Origin: Octopus sinensis
Taxonomy: Eukaryota
Length of the DNA stretch: 64,000 bases
Assembly (NCBI RefSeq): GCF_006345805.1
Contig: NC_043003.1
Coordinates: 80,352,001 to 80,416,000, forward strand
Direction: 5' to 3'
The translations under genes and the position numbers were made by a program. Under the pieces are notes generated by a model, which ran no database searches, was not told where the DNA came from, and saw only the letters and a list, made by a program, of their open reading frames with translations. Shown one piece after another: positions 24,593-36,488 of the stretch (position 1 is the first letter of the stretch; each line of letters opens with the position of its first letter).

Positions 24593-24994
24593 ATAGACTT
24601 GCGCCAATAGTAGAAAAGATAATTAATATACTTTAAGTGTGAAGCATAAAATATTTGGATAGGTTGGTGAAAAGATACTCCCCAAAATTTATCAGTTTGT
24701 TTGATTAATATTTTCTGTGTTATTCTAATATCTCTCTGTGTTATTGTAATGTTCTCTCACTAGAAATAATAAATTAGACACCTAATTTTTGCGTTACGTA
24801 CAAAAATTTATAACTTCATGATAACTTATGTGTTTTGTCTCAATACTTTCTTGTAGTACAGAAAATATTTATCGATTTTTAGCAAATATTCTATGTATAA
24901 GCCATGTAAACAGCTGCTCTTTATATTTATCATCCCTGTAGACAAGAGACGTTTGCCCACTACGTTCAGCAACCAAAAGTTAGATCTATCTGAT

Positions 24995-25003
24995 AATAAT
25001 AGT

Positions 25004-25052
<49 letters not shown>
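24995..25052. repeat. (AAT)n tract = tail/target of Tx1-like LINE
   Basis: Directly follows AATAAAAAGAAT on the minus strand. Confidence 0.92.
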
Positions 25053-25055
<3 letters not shown>

Positions 25056-25968
25056 TCTTTTTATTGGCCACAAGGGCTGACAAATATGATTGGAAAACAT
25101 AAAGGGACAGAACAGGGCGAAAGGTTACAAAAAAACAACCGTGTAAAAAACAACCGTGTAAAAAGCAATTTAACAATCAAAAATTTGAACAACGAAAAAC
25201 TCCCAATAGAGGAGTCGCTTCGAAAAAAGAAAAGGTCTCACGTGGAAAAACCCATAAAAGCCACGGGAGCCTGGTCAAAAGCGGGGTAGAGAGCCCCTTT
25301 CTCCTTTCATAATACCTTTTTCAATTACAGGCGAAACCTCAGAATTATTCCATTTATACTGGCCATTCTTGCACAATTCACCCACCTTTCAGAAATCTTG
25401 CTATCAGACAGCACTCTCCTCTCTAACCTCATCTTCCTTTTCAAGTGAAACTTAAAAAAGTTGATGAGGCCTTGAACAAAGAGGAACGTGTCTGACTTTA
25501 GCCCTTTCAAACGGGTCCACCATACAACCTCTTCCGCCACAGCCACTAGCCAGAGGAAAACGGTCTTGCCTTCTTTGTTAAAGGAGGTCGGCGGGGCAAT
25601 CTTCACTATGGATTCAGCTGATAGCCGGATCCGTCCTATACGTGACAGTAGCTGTTCCATATAAACCCATAGTTCAGCAATACTCGGGCACTGGATGAGT
25701 GCGTGCAGAACGGTTTCGTAGTCCTGGCAACACCTCGTGTAGGCCCGGCTGACGGCACTTCCGTGCCGGTAGAGTTCATCTCGAACAGACAGAGCTCCTC
25801 GGTAGCACTGCCAGGCGAGGGACCTTTGGAAATCATCCATTGGCCCAGGCCCGAAAGTCCTTCCAAACAGACTGCTCAGTTTGTTATCATCAACGCCTAA
25901 AGTTTCCCCGAGAACGTCGTCGCATTTTTCCTCCACTAACTCTCTATAGAACGCTAGTGTGGAACTAC
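25053..25968 (-). mobile_element. Tx1/L1-clade LINE 3' end (C-terminal zinc finger + 3' UTR), 5'-truncated
   Basis: ORF 25325-25936: FQRSLAWQCYRGALSVRDELYRHG..RCCQDYETVLHALIQCP (zf-RVT-like C..C..ET..H...C); T-rich UTR with AATAAA and a (TTA)n tail. Confidence 0.85.
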
Positions 25969-25974
25969 TACCGA

Positions 25975-26800
25975 TCGCAACAATAAAATCTTGGTTTCGA
26001 TCTTTGAGGACAACCCCAACAGAATTAAATTTTTGTCTAATAATTCTAAGATCAAGAATTCTATATACCAGTGTAAAATTTCCGATGTCTACTCCTACAT
26101 AGGCGCGTCTACTTCCCAGGTATCCAAGAGAATTTCAAATCATTATTCATCATTTAGGGATAGCAAAAACGCCATAGTACAGGGCTAAATTGGTTTGGCA
26201 TCTTAAAGACAGCAATAAAGATTTTAAGTTAGATTGGTTCATACTGTCCGTATCCTTCCCTTTCGATAAGGGCAAGAGATTTTGTAACATTTGCAACTCT
26301 GAACTCTTCCATATTCTCTTCTCTAAGAATCCCCTTGTAGAGCGATCGTACAAATGTAAGCACTGGCAGAAACATGCAGTTTACTCATATAAGTGATTTC
26401 GCCAGTCTTTATCGTTTGAACAGTTAGTTTAACTTGCACTTTACTTCAATACAGAAGTCGATTTCTAAGCCTTTGAACATTTTTTTAATCAACGTATCCC
26501 TCTCTATTTGTTCTCTACTTATTATTCCTTTAACCCTTCTCTTCCTACTATCTGCCATGGCGTCAAATCACCTATCGTTTTTCTTTTTAAATACTTAATA
26601 ACGTTCTGTTTATTATGTAGGCAATCATCGTAATTGTTATAATGCCTTGTTGTTGAGAGAGGCTCTGTTTCTTTCCTGGTGAGAAGATTGCATTTTACAC
26701 CGTTTATTCCTTTGGAATATAATCATGTTGTCTTCAAAACATGTCAAGTGTAAAAGAATTTTATTAACATCTTCGTTCAACTCCATTGATTTATTTAGTC
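25975..26800 (+). mobile_element. Penelope-like element 3' fragment (GIY-YIG) with terminal repeat
   Basis: KNSIYQCKISDVYSYIGASTSQVSKRISNHYSSF..FKLDWFIL..PFDKGKRFCNICNSELFHIL..CKHWQKH*; degenerate hammerhead at 26676-26745. Confidence 0.85.
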
Positions 26801-27179
26801 AAACCAAATGATGATAGTTTGAAAGCATTTAATACGTATATTTCATATCATTACGTAATTGACAAGAGGTAATTCATCACTTACACCAAACTTTCCTCAG
26901 TTAATAATTTTGATTATTGTACTTATACAAATCAATGCTAATATATACTAACCAATCCCAAACAATTACGTGGATTCTCTTACACGGATTTGGAATACTT
27001 CTTTCTATTTGACAAGAATCGAAATTTCTGGCAACATGCATTTCTTCGAAGCATGTGTATACATATATACACAAATTGTATATATGTATGTACATAAATA
27101 CATATATATATACATATATATAAATATATATATATATACATATGTGTATATATATATATATATGTATATATGCATGTGA

Positions 27180-27212
<33 letters not shown>

Positions 27213-27213
27213 C

Positions 27214-27244
<31 letters not shown>

Positions 27245-27950
27245 ATATATGTATATATAAGCCTAGTTTGGTATGTTATGTAGCATTCTAGAGCAATGCA
27301 ACAACATTTAAACTTACTTTCTATTTAACGTTTGCTCACGTGATATTTATAAAATTCACCTTCTGACTTATATTTGCCGAAAACTTGCCTGCTTCTCGAA
27401 GACAACCGATTTTATTTAACTCACAAATGACAAGGTCCACCTACTTCTAAATACCATCAGTAGCATAAGTTACTATTGTAAGCAGCTGAAATATATAATT
27501 GTTATGTCTTTAGCTTGAAGAGCTGAATTCTGAAAACCTGAATCAGTCTACTACTCTATCAAACTTTTGTAGATGCATAACATAAAGAAGACAAATCTTT
27601 CAAGTGGCGATTCTACAATCTCATATCTTAGAGGTCTAAAGTTTCACCATCATTACTTATAACCTTTAATCTTAGAACTGCTGAAAAATCTAAAGATGAT
27701 GTCATCATGCAGAACTATAATTACGTTAATAGTGGTATAGGTTTCAGTAACCAGGTTGTTGTAGAAATGGCATATATATCACCTTTATCCAACTAGTTAA
27801 TTTACGTAGAATTTGTCTAGTGTTTTCATATATTTTCTCCTCGTTATATAATGTTTTCATCTGTTCACCCACTTATAAAAAACTCTCTTTCTCTCTGTCT
27901 CTCTCTCTTATACACACACACACACACACACACACGCACCCCCCCACACA

Positions 27951-27981
<31 letters not shown>

Positions 27982-28432
27982 GCGAAACAATTGTCCCAAA
28001 ATAATCTGTATTTTTGTTATCTTTTATTTGCCCTGTTCGTGTGAGCTAACAATCGTACTGACTTTCATGGGAAACATATATTTTTGTGGTTGAAACCTTT
28101 TGGATTAACTAGTGCTAGAGTGAGCCATAGTGACCACACTCTTATATTTATTTTTGTATAAAATATTATAATATATTACAAAATATTATAATAATCCAGG
28201 TTTCTCGGAGCACTGGGCCACTAGGTGTTGAATAGATATGCTATTAAATTAGTATCTAATTCTCTCACCCTTATTAATTAATATATATATATATATATAT
28301 GTATATATATGTATATATATATATATATATGATAATCATGATAGTTGAAAAGATGATGTTTGACTTTCTCACATTTACTGTCTCTCTTCATTCTTCATTC
28401 TCTGACCTCTTATGTCTATGTATGTATACATG

Positions 28433-28466
<34 letters not shown>

Positions 28467-28569
28467 TGTATGTATTTATGTATGTATGTTGTTGTATGTA
28501 TATATATGTGTGTGTGTGCGCGCGTGTGTTGTATGTGTTATATATATATATATATAATATATATAACAT

Positions 28570-29250
28570 ATACATGAAAGGCTTGAGAAAAGAAAGTAGA
28601 GCGAAAAGAAATAAGTTAGTGAGAAAACACCGAGAAAGAGAGAGAGAGAGAGAGATTGAAAGAGAAAAGTAAAAGGAGAAAAGAGAGAGGCATCGACTTG
28701 ATTATGATAAAGGGAGTAAAATTGATAAAAATCCAAGAAAGAAAAGTAGAAGTCGATAGGGTAAACAAATGTAAGGAGAGGGAAAGTGCAGTTGATGACA
28801 AGAAAGGGAGAGAGAGAGAGAGAAACAAAGAGAAAGAGAAGGATACAGAGACAGAGAGAGAGAGAATGCAAGAAAGAAAGAGAGAGTGAGACATATATAT
28901 ATATAGATAGATAGAGATAGATAGATAGAGAGAGAGAGAGAAAGAGAGAGAACAATGTGAAGGGTAAATGTGAATGAAGGTATTGATAACAATAAGAAAC
29001 TTGCGGGTGAACTAGCGAGTGATATAAATGACAAGAGCAAAGCGGATGAGAGAGATAGTTTGACGAGTGAAGAATTCATACACAGAGAACAAAGAGATTA
29101 TGCAAGAGTTGAGTGTGTTAGAAGATATAGAGACAAGACGAGATTATGTAGATAAGCAAGATATGATATGAGAAAGGCGAGAGATGACGTGGATGAGAAG
29201 AGAAGAGTGAAAGAAGTATAATTTCAAGAGTCTACGTGATAACCAATGCG
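28570..29250. repeat. Purine-rich (GA)n low-complexity region
   Basis: GA/GAAA runs; explains the ERERE/LSLSL ORFs. Confidence 0.85.
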
Positions 29251-29616
29251 CAGATTTTAATAAAGTCCGATATGAATGCCTCCAACACGTTAGGAATCAC
29301 TATATAGCGAGTAAGATCGTGTTTCAACAACACGGTTCTCGGTTAAGTCCCTTTGCGTGGCCACTGGGTTAATCCGTAGTCTTTGAATAATCCGTAGACT
29401 TTGAACAGAATTTGTGGTTGGTAACACTTGAAAGACCCTTTGTGTATGAATGTGTGTGCTGTATACATACATATAATACATGCATGCATACAACATACAT
29501 ACATACAACATACATGCATACATATATATATATTAATTAATTAAGGGTTCAGCAACGATTTGCCTCACCACATACCGAATTTAGAAATAGCAGTCAAAAA
29601 GTTTTGGCTATTTTTC

Positions 29617-29937
<321 letters not shown>

Positions 29938-29989
29938 ACTTGTCTGCTAAGTGTGGCATAGCTTAGTTTGAGTGAAATATTGTATAAGT

Positions 29990-30122
29990 ATTCTTTTCTA
30001 CTCTAGGCACAAAGCCTGACATTTTGGGGGCGGGAGCCAGTGGATTAAATCGAACTCAGCACACAACTAGTACTTAATCTATCGACCCCGAAAGGCTGAA
30101 AAGCAAAGTCGACCTCGGCGGA
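29990..30122 (-). mobile_element. SINE family 1, 5'-truncated, tail type 2
   Basis: CCGCCGAGGTCGACTTTGC..GGGGTCGATAG..AGGCTTTGTGCCTAGAGTAGAAAAGAAT. Confidence 0.82.
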
Positions 30123-30490
30123 GTATTCTACAAGTATAATATAAGTATTTTGTTATCATTGTTCAAAGCCAGTACTCTACATATTCAAATATGGAAGTGA
30201 ATACAGAAAGTGAGAGGGATGAAAAAACAGTTTATACTTTAATATCTATTTCTATATTTTCTCTTTTATAAAATTAGTGTCGATTTTAACCTGTCTCCTA
30301 TTTAGTTTGTGAAGGAAAGCTTCTTGTTTTAACCGTCATTCTTTAAAACTTAAGAATGTCTTCCATGTTTTTATACTCGCATATATCGTAGTCATATCAG
30401 GTGTATGAATTAAAAACTTGCGTTATCTTCCAAAAACCCATGTTCAGCCATATTTTGCGCTAGACCGGATGGGGTCTATCCTGTTGCTTC

Positions 30491-30506
30491 AATAATAATA
30501 ATAATA

Positions 30507-30572
<66 letters not shown>

Positions 30573-30573
30573 C

Positions 30574-30605
<32 letters not shown>

Positions 30606-30615
30606 TGATGACGAC

Positions 30616-30646
<31 letters not shown>
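30491..30646. repeat. Compound (AAT)n-(GAT)n-(GAC)n-(GAT)n microsatellite
   Basis: Visible in-phase trinucleotide blocks. Confidence 0.95.
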
Positions 30647-30648
<2 letters not shown>

Positions 30649-31190
30649 TATTTGTTTTGGGTACTGAATTTTCAAACACCTTATTAATGGTCCATAGATG
30701 TCCTCTTTCCATTAGTGTCCTGAAAGCAGCTGCTTTCCGGAACAAAGCATATAATTTTGTTGTGGTCCTGTGCAACAATATCTCATCAGTTGTGTTTTAA
30801 AATGGTGGCTTTTTAAAATTTTTAATGTCCATCAATATTCTTTTGATCCATTAATCTCAATATAGTGAACTTCGTCTGTAGGTGTTTTCTTCTCTGTTAT
30901 CCACTTCCAGACTGTATCATGCCACATGGGAAGACAATATCTGTAAAAAGTTTTCTCACATTTGACGATATTGTGGTGAATGTCTTCAGTCTTGGACGTG
31001 CATAGCCTACATATCTAGTCTGTCAACTTATTCTGCTTCTTATGATGTAAGTACTTCATGGGAATTTCTTGTTCACGAATTACATGGAAATTGCCTTCAA
31101 AGAGGAATATTATAAACTTTTCACTTCTATGGTTCATGTTTTTCCTGCCAAGTATCCATGTACTATCTTCTCAATGAACTGATCCATTTA
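30647..31190 (-). mobile_element. R4/Dong-like 3' fragment (zinc knuckle + RLE), degraded
   Basis: RLCTSKTEDIHHNIVKCEK..LPMWHDTV..KHN*.DIVAQDHNKIICFVPESSCFQDTN, matching CRLC..EDI.HI..C / RHD / HN.PDIV..D motifs. Confidence 0.65.
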
Positions 31191-31268
31191 TTTATTATTT
31201 ATTATTGCTTGTTTACACTTTTTCGAGATCAGTGACTTTTCGTCACTGGAAAAAGGATATATGTATTT

Positions 31269-33161
31269 GCATTGGGACCCTGCGATTCGAAGATCGGTGA
31301 TTGTCGCTCAGCGAGCGAGGCTAGCTACCCTAGATCTTTGTTGTTTTTTCTGAGAAACTGCTCGAAAGTTCGTGCGAAGCCGACGCCTGTCGGTGAAAGA
31401 AGTGACAGCGGAAGACCGGGAAAAAGAGAAATTAAGAAAGCTAACACTGGAGTCGTTGAATTGGGACCCTGAAAAGATGAAGGGATACTTAAGCAAAGTG
31501 GAACTAGAAGCAACGAATGTGAAGCTTGTAATGTCGGAGGAGAAAAAGAAAATGTTAAGAGATTTAACAAGAGTATACAGAACATTCTCTAACGAATCCA
31601 GGAGGATTGAAATAGCACCTGAATTTCAAATAGAAACAATGGTATCGTGCTGTATGGATAGAGTGGTTTTCATAAATAGAGGAAGCCAATACGGCATGAT
31701 ACATATTACATTTGAAAATGTGGAGGCGGCAAAGAAGAATGAGCAAGTAATAGAAGGAAATAGGTGGACTCTCATTCCCGACAAACCAGGAAAAAAGTTG
31801 GTGAAAATTAGAGTTGGAAGAATCCCACCCATAATAGAGCCCGAATGGGTAATGGTGGGAATCTTCGGAGAGAACTTGAAGAAAGGAAACACAAAGTTAA
31901 ACGTTCTAACAGTGATTAAATCACAATGTTTGAATTTTTTGATTTATGAAATTGAAGCAGTTTGCGCTATAACCGAAGAATACTATCAGGAAATACCGGA
32001 AACGGTAGAATTACCGACCGGTGAAAAGTTGGATATTGTGCTACAGGGAAGACCCGCAAAATGCTACTTGTGTGGCATAAGGGGGCATATGCGAAGGAAA
32101 TGCCCGAATACAGAAGTAGAGAAAAGGTTGGAAACAACAGTGGAAGAAAAAACAGCCGATGAAGGGAAGATGGAGAACAATAATAGAACGAATATGGTGA
32201 AGTGAAGGAAGAGAAAACGTAAAAAGTCACCAGCTTTGGAAGAAGCAAAAAAGAGTAAAGCAGCGGCAGAGAATATAACTCGTCAGAACGGTAACACCGA
32301 TGAGCCAACTATGGAAGGGATAGAGAGAGCGATGGAATTGCAAAACGAAGACGAATCAGAGCGAGAAAATTTAGAGTTGTGTAAGCTAAAAGATAAAGAA
32401 CAGATGGAAGAGACGTATTTGAAAAAGTCACCAACTTTGGAAGAAACGGAAAAAAGTAGTGGAATGGCAGAGATTGTAACATACCAGGACGTTAACACTG
32501 AAAGAATATATATAGAAGATATATGGAGAGCGATGAACCTGCAAAGCGAAGAAGAAATATGGCAGTTGTTTAAGCTCAAAGAAAAACAACAGATGGAAGA
32601 GAAGTATTTGCAGTCGGGAGAAATTTCAGATACACAAACGGAGAAGAGAAACACAAGGAAAGAAAAAGAACGAGAGGAAAAAGAAATGTAACAATAATAA
32701 ATGTGGAAAAAAACGTAGACGGTAAGTTAATTACGAGTGAAACACAACTAATTGTTTTAAAAAAAAAATGAATGGAACTGCAAATGAACTGAGAATTGAA
32801 CTTGTATGATCTGTTTGTGAAATTTAATACATATATGAAAAAAAGGAAAATGTAACATTTGAAAAAAGATAAATTGTGCCTATACTAAAGAGAACCGGTT
32901 ATTGTCGTGCACTGTCGACAGGTAAATACCAGAAGCCCAGGTCCGTACGTATCACGTCAGGTCGACGATGGGGAGGATGGCTTCCCTTTGCAAATACTGA
33001 TAGGGCACAGAAAGTATGTCCATACCAGCTAGAGAAGATGTTCACCTGGGGCTACAAGCTACATAGCATCCACCCTTCGTGGTAGCCACATTTAAGTGGC
33101 AATTATAATTCACATTATCGTGCAGCTACTGTTCATACCTCGTTCAGAGATTTATTATTGC
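31269..33161 (+). mobile_element. ORF1-only (gag-like) non-autonomous retroelement, HAL1-like architecture
   Basis: CpG-rich 5' leader, one ORF1-like reading frame, about 470-bp 3' region ending at (TA)n; no RT or endonuclease motifs. Confidence 0.7.
31372..32691 (+). pseudogene. L1/Tx1-type ORF1p (RRM-like region + CX2CX4HX4C knuckle), interrupted by a single in-frame TGA at 32203-32205
   Basis: GRPAKCYLCGIRGHMRRKCP knuckle; HITFENVEAA and KIRVGRIPP RRM-like segments; ORFs 31372-32205 and 32236-32691 share one frame, linked by *RKRKRKKSPA; first ATG at 31477. Confidence 0.8.
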
Positions 33162-33199
33162 TATATATAATATATAGCAATAATAAATATATAGCAATA

Positions 33200-33245
<46 letters not shown>

Positions 33246-33618
33246 CAATAATAAATCTCTGAATGAGTATGAACAGTAGCTGCACGACAATGTGAATTAT
33301 AATTGCCACTTAAATGTGGCTAACCACGAAGGGTGGATGCTATTGTAGCTTGTAGCCCCAGGTGAACATCTTCTCTAGCTGGCTATAGACATAATTTCTG
33401 TGCCCTATCAGTATTTGCAAAGGTAAGCCATCCTCCCCATCGTCGACCTGACGTGATACGTACGGACCTGGGCTTCTGGGTATTTACCTGTCGACAGTGC
33501 ACGACAATAACCGGTTTCTCTTTAGTATAGGCACAATTTTATCTTTTTTCAAATGTTACATTTTCCTTTTTTTTCATATATGTATTAAATTTCACAAACA
33601 GATCACACAAGTTCAATT
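32794..33618. repeat. Inverted repeat, arms 32794-33161 and 33245-33618, centred on (TA)n
   Basis: Arms are reverse complements with roughly a dozen small differences. Confidence 0.96.
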
Positions 33619-33713
33619 ATATATATATATATATATTCTAAATGTGACAGCGTTTGTACCGTTGGCGATTTTTTTCCTCTGTCTTCTCTTCTCTGGATCT
33701 TTCCTTCTCCTAT

Positions 33714-33790
33714 GTTTCCGACGAAGAGCTCCGCTCAAAACGTTAAACCTTCCTTCTTTCCTTCTTTCCTGAGCGTCCAATAATACTATA
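33714..33790 (+). mobile_element. PLE terminal-repeat-like stub with dead hammerhead
   Basis: GTTT-CCGACGA-A-GAGC(TCC)GCTC-AAAA-CGTT-AAAC; same family as 12584-12621. Confidence 0.55.
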
Positions 33791-34371
33791 ATTGTTCCAC
33801 GTCCTTGCGTTGTTGTGTTTTCTCTTTGTGTTTTCATGTTTGTATTAACTTTATATATATACAACATGAATATATATAAACGAATATGTATTCGTGAATA
33901 ATTGTGTGCATATTTAAATACATTAACTGTAATTACATTTCCGCTGAGCACATCGGAAAACCTGAGTTAAGAAATCCATTTGGATTTATGATAAGGTAAA
34001 TCTTTTCAGCGAAGAGGAATTCGGAAGGGAGAGAAAGTACTTTCTTCATATTTGAGGGTTCACGATGAGCGGTGACATTTACTGGTGCAGGTTTATGTGT
34101 AGTCCTAGACATTATTATGTGTAGTCCATAAGACAAACACGCATCCATTTGCCTGTTTGTATGTTTGCTGGTCAATTGCATGAGGGTTGAATAGATGTTT
34201 GTGATTGATGGATTGCTTATGCGGTTATGTATAAGGATGTCTTAGTAAATAGTAGTCTTGTGTATATGTATGAGTGTGTTGATATATAATCAGCGTGTAT
34301 ATTTAAAGTGTATGTGTAATTTATGCATGTTTTGGTGCATTTCTGTTATTTGTAGATAACTTTATTTATAT

Positions 34372-34574
34372 TTTATTCTTTGGCCGCTTCAGTCATTAGA
34401 CTGGTGCCATGCTGGGGTACCGCCTTGAAAAAATTTTAGTCCAATGACTCAACCTAGTACTCATTCTTTCGGTTCCTTTTGTCGAACTGATAAGTCATAG
34501 GGACGTAAACACACCAACACCGGTAGTCAAGCGGTAGCACGGGATAAAAACAGACAGAAAGACCCGCTCACATA

Positions 34575-34600
<26 letters not shown>
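34372..34600 (-). mobile_element. SINE family 2, 3' half
   Basis: CGCTTGACTACCGGTGTTGGTGTGTTTACGTCCC..AAGGCGGTACCCCAGCATGG..ATGACTGAAG. Confidence 0.8.
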
Positions 34601-34608
<8 letters not shown>

Positions 34609-35111
34609 AATATGTGTGTGAGTGCGTTAGTGAATGAAGTAGGTAAAATCCAGTCTACATATGTTTCATAGTTAGTGGAACTTCAGTAGTATTAATTATC
34701 CAAACGAGGTGTAGACAGCAAGCTACCAGTCAGGCCAAGACTACCTTGATTACACGAGTTAACACGCGATCTCTTACATTTCACGTAAGGAAGGTATATT
34801 GGGCCTAAAGAGTAGCTTCTGGGCTTTCCCACGTTTTACATAATTATTAGGTCCGAGGATCCGCTAGCTATGAAACATATTTATTCGCACATTTACACAC
34901 CCTAGTTGCTAACCGTGAAATATAAAATAACCTCTTCTTCAGCTTTTCTTACATGTAAGGAAAAACTTCACAGCCACCTGCGCCACTAAACCGCTATAGT
35001 CACCGAAAGATGATTTTTATATCTACGAACTATTTGAAGTTCACCAACTTCCTACACCTTGATACTTGGACCTTACGTTTACATATGTATGTACGTATGT
35101 AAGAGAGAATG

Positions 35112-35146
<35 letters not shown>

Positions 35147-35231
35147 GAAAAGCAGAATAGTACTCAAATATACACACACGCACACAACTTGCTTATAAGT
35201 CGGTGTATCTGTGTGTCGTTGTGTTTTTGTT

Positions 35232-35282
<51 letters not shown>

Positions 35283-35292
35283 GTATATATAA

Positions 35293-35342
35293 AGGCGGTG
35301 CTCCAGCATGGCTGCAGTCAAATGACTGTTACAAGTAAAAGT
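35293..35342 (+). mobile_element. SINE family 2 tail stub
   Basis: AAGGCGGTGCTCCAGCATGGCTGCAGTCAAATGACTGTTACAAGTAAAAG. Confidence 0.75.
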
Positions 35343-35569
35343 GTAAAGTGTAAGTGTATATGTATGTATGTGTGTGTGTGTGTAGTTTAGGACAATTAGT
35401 AAGTTGTCATAATAGGACTCAAATTTTCAAATATCGGAGCTAAGAGTTACGATGCATTCTCATCGGCTATAATGAAAATAGACGCTATAAAAAACCGTTA
35501 AATAAAAGGGAAGTTACATATATAAATTCCTCTATTTACCGAATACCAAAGTATCATTCTTTTATGGTC

Positions 35570-35572
35570 ATT

Positions 35573-35634
<62 letters not shown>

Positions 35635-35648
35635 GATATTATTATTAA

Positions 35649-35698
<50 letters not shown>
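35570..35698. repeat. (ATT)n microsatellite
   Basis: Visible run. Confidence 0.95.
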
Positions 35699-35699
<1 letters not shown>

Positions 35700-35715
35700 A
35701 TATGCACATACACAC

Positions 35716-35895
35716 ACACTCACACACACACACAACAAGGCTCTTTCAGTTTCCGTCTATCAATTCTACTCTTCAGGCTTTGGCCGGCCTGAGTCTGTCG
35801 TTGAAGACAGTTGCTGAAGGTATCACGCAGTGGGACGGAACCGGAAATCATGTGGTTGGGAAGCAAGCTTCTTACTCCATAGTCAGGCCTACATC
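35716..35895 (-). mobile_element. SINE family 2, 5' half
   Basis: GTAAGAAGCTTGCTTCCCAACCACATGATTTCCGGTTCCGTCCCACTGCGTG..GACGGAAACTGAAAGAG. Confidence 0.82.
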
Positions 35896-36488
35896 TGTGT
35901 TTATGCTATTGACGTGGTATGAATTATTTTATGTATAGGTTAATGTCTTTACGTAACTCTTTGAGTTCATGTGTTCATTTGAGTTAGGTTGTTTAAGTAT
36001 CGTGTATGTAATGCAGAAAATGATGTCTGTATCTTTTGGTGTATTTGTACGTGCGTGTGTATATGTGAATAATCTGAAAAATGGTCGCTGTTTTTGTTAT
36101 GTGCAGCTGTGTGTATCATTTCAGAAGTGTATATATAAATAGTTTTGTGTATACGTATACAGCTGCGAGTGTAAATATATCCTGAGCTTATCGATAATGT
36201 GTGTGTGCCTGAGTGCATGTGTTCAGTGTGTGTATCTAAGACTGTGTGTACTTGTATCATAAATAAATAAATGCGTGCAAGTAGTTGATGATGATTGGAA
36301 TTGTATGGTCATCACTGTGTGCTTAGTTTTATATTGTATCTGTATATAAATTCAATAGTATACACCTGTTTACTTTTGTGGCTATATATAGGCAGATGCG
36401 AGTGAGTACGTGTTTCCGCACATGGTTTTGGAAAGTGTGTACATTTGACATTTGCCTAGTACCGCCTACGTATACATCAAAGTGAGTG

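Noticed and set aside
27981-28000. GAAA-CAATTG-TC (hammerhead 3' half with palindromic stem III)
   Set aside because: No CUGANGA or stem II upstream; only microsatellite precedes it.
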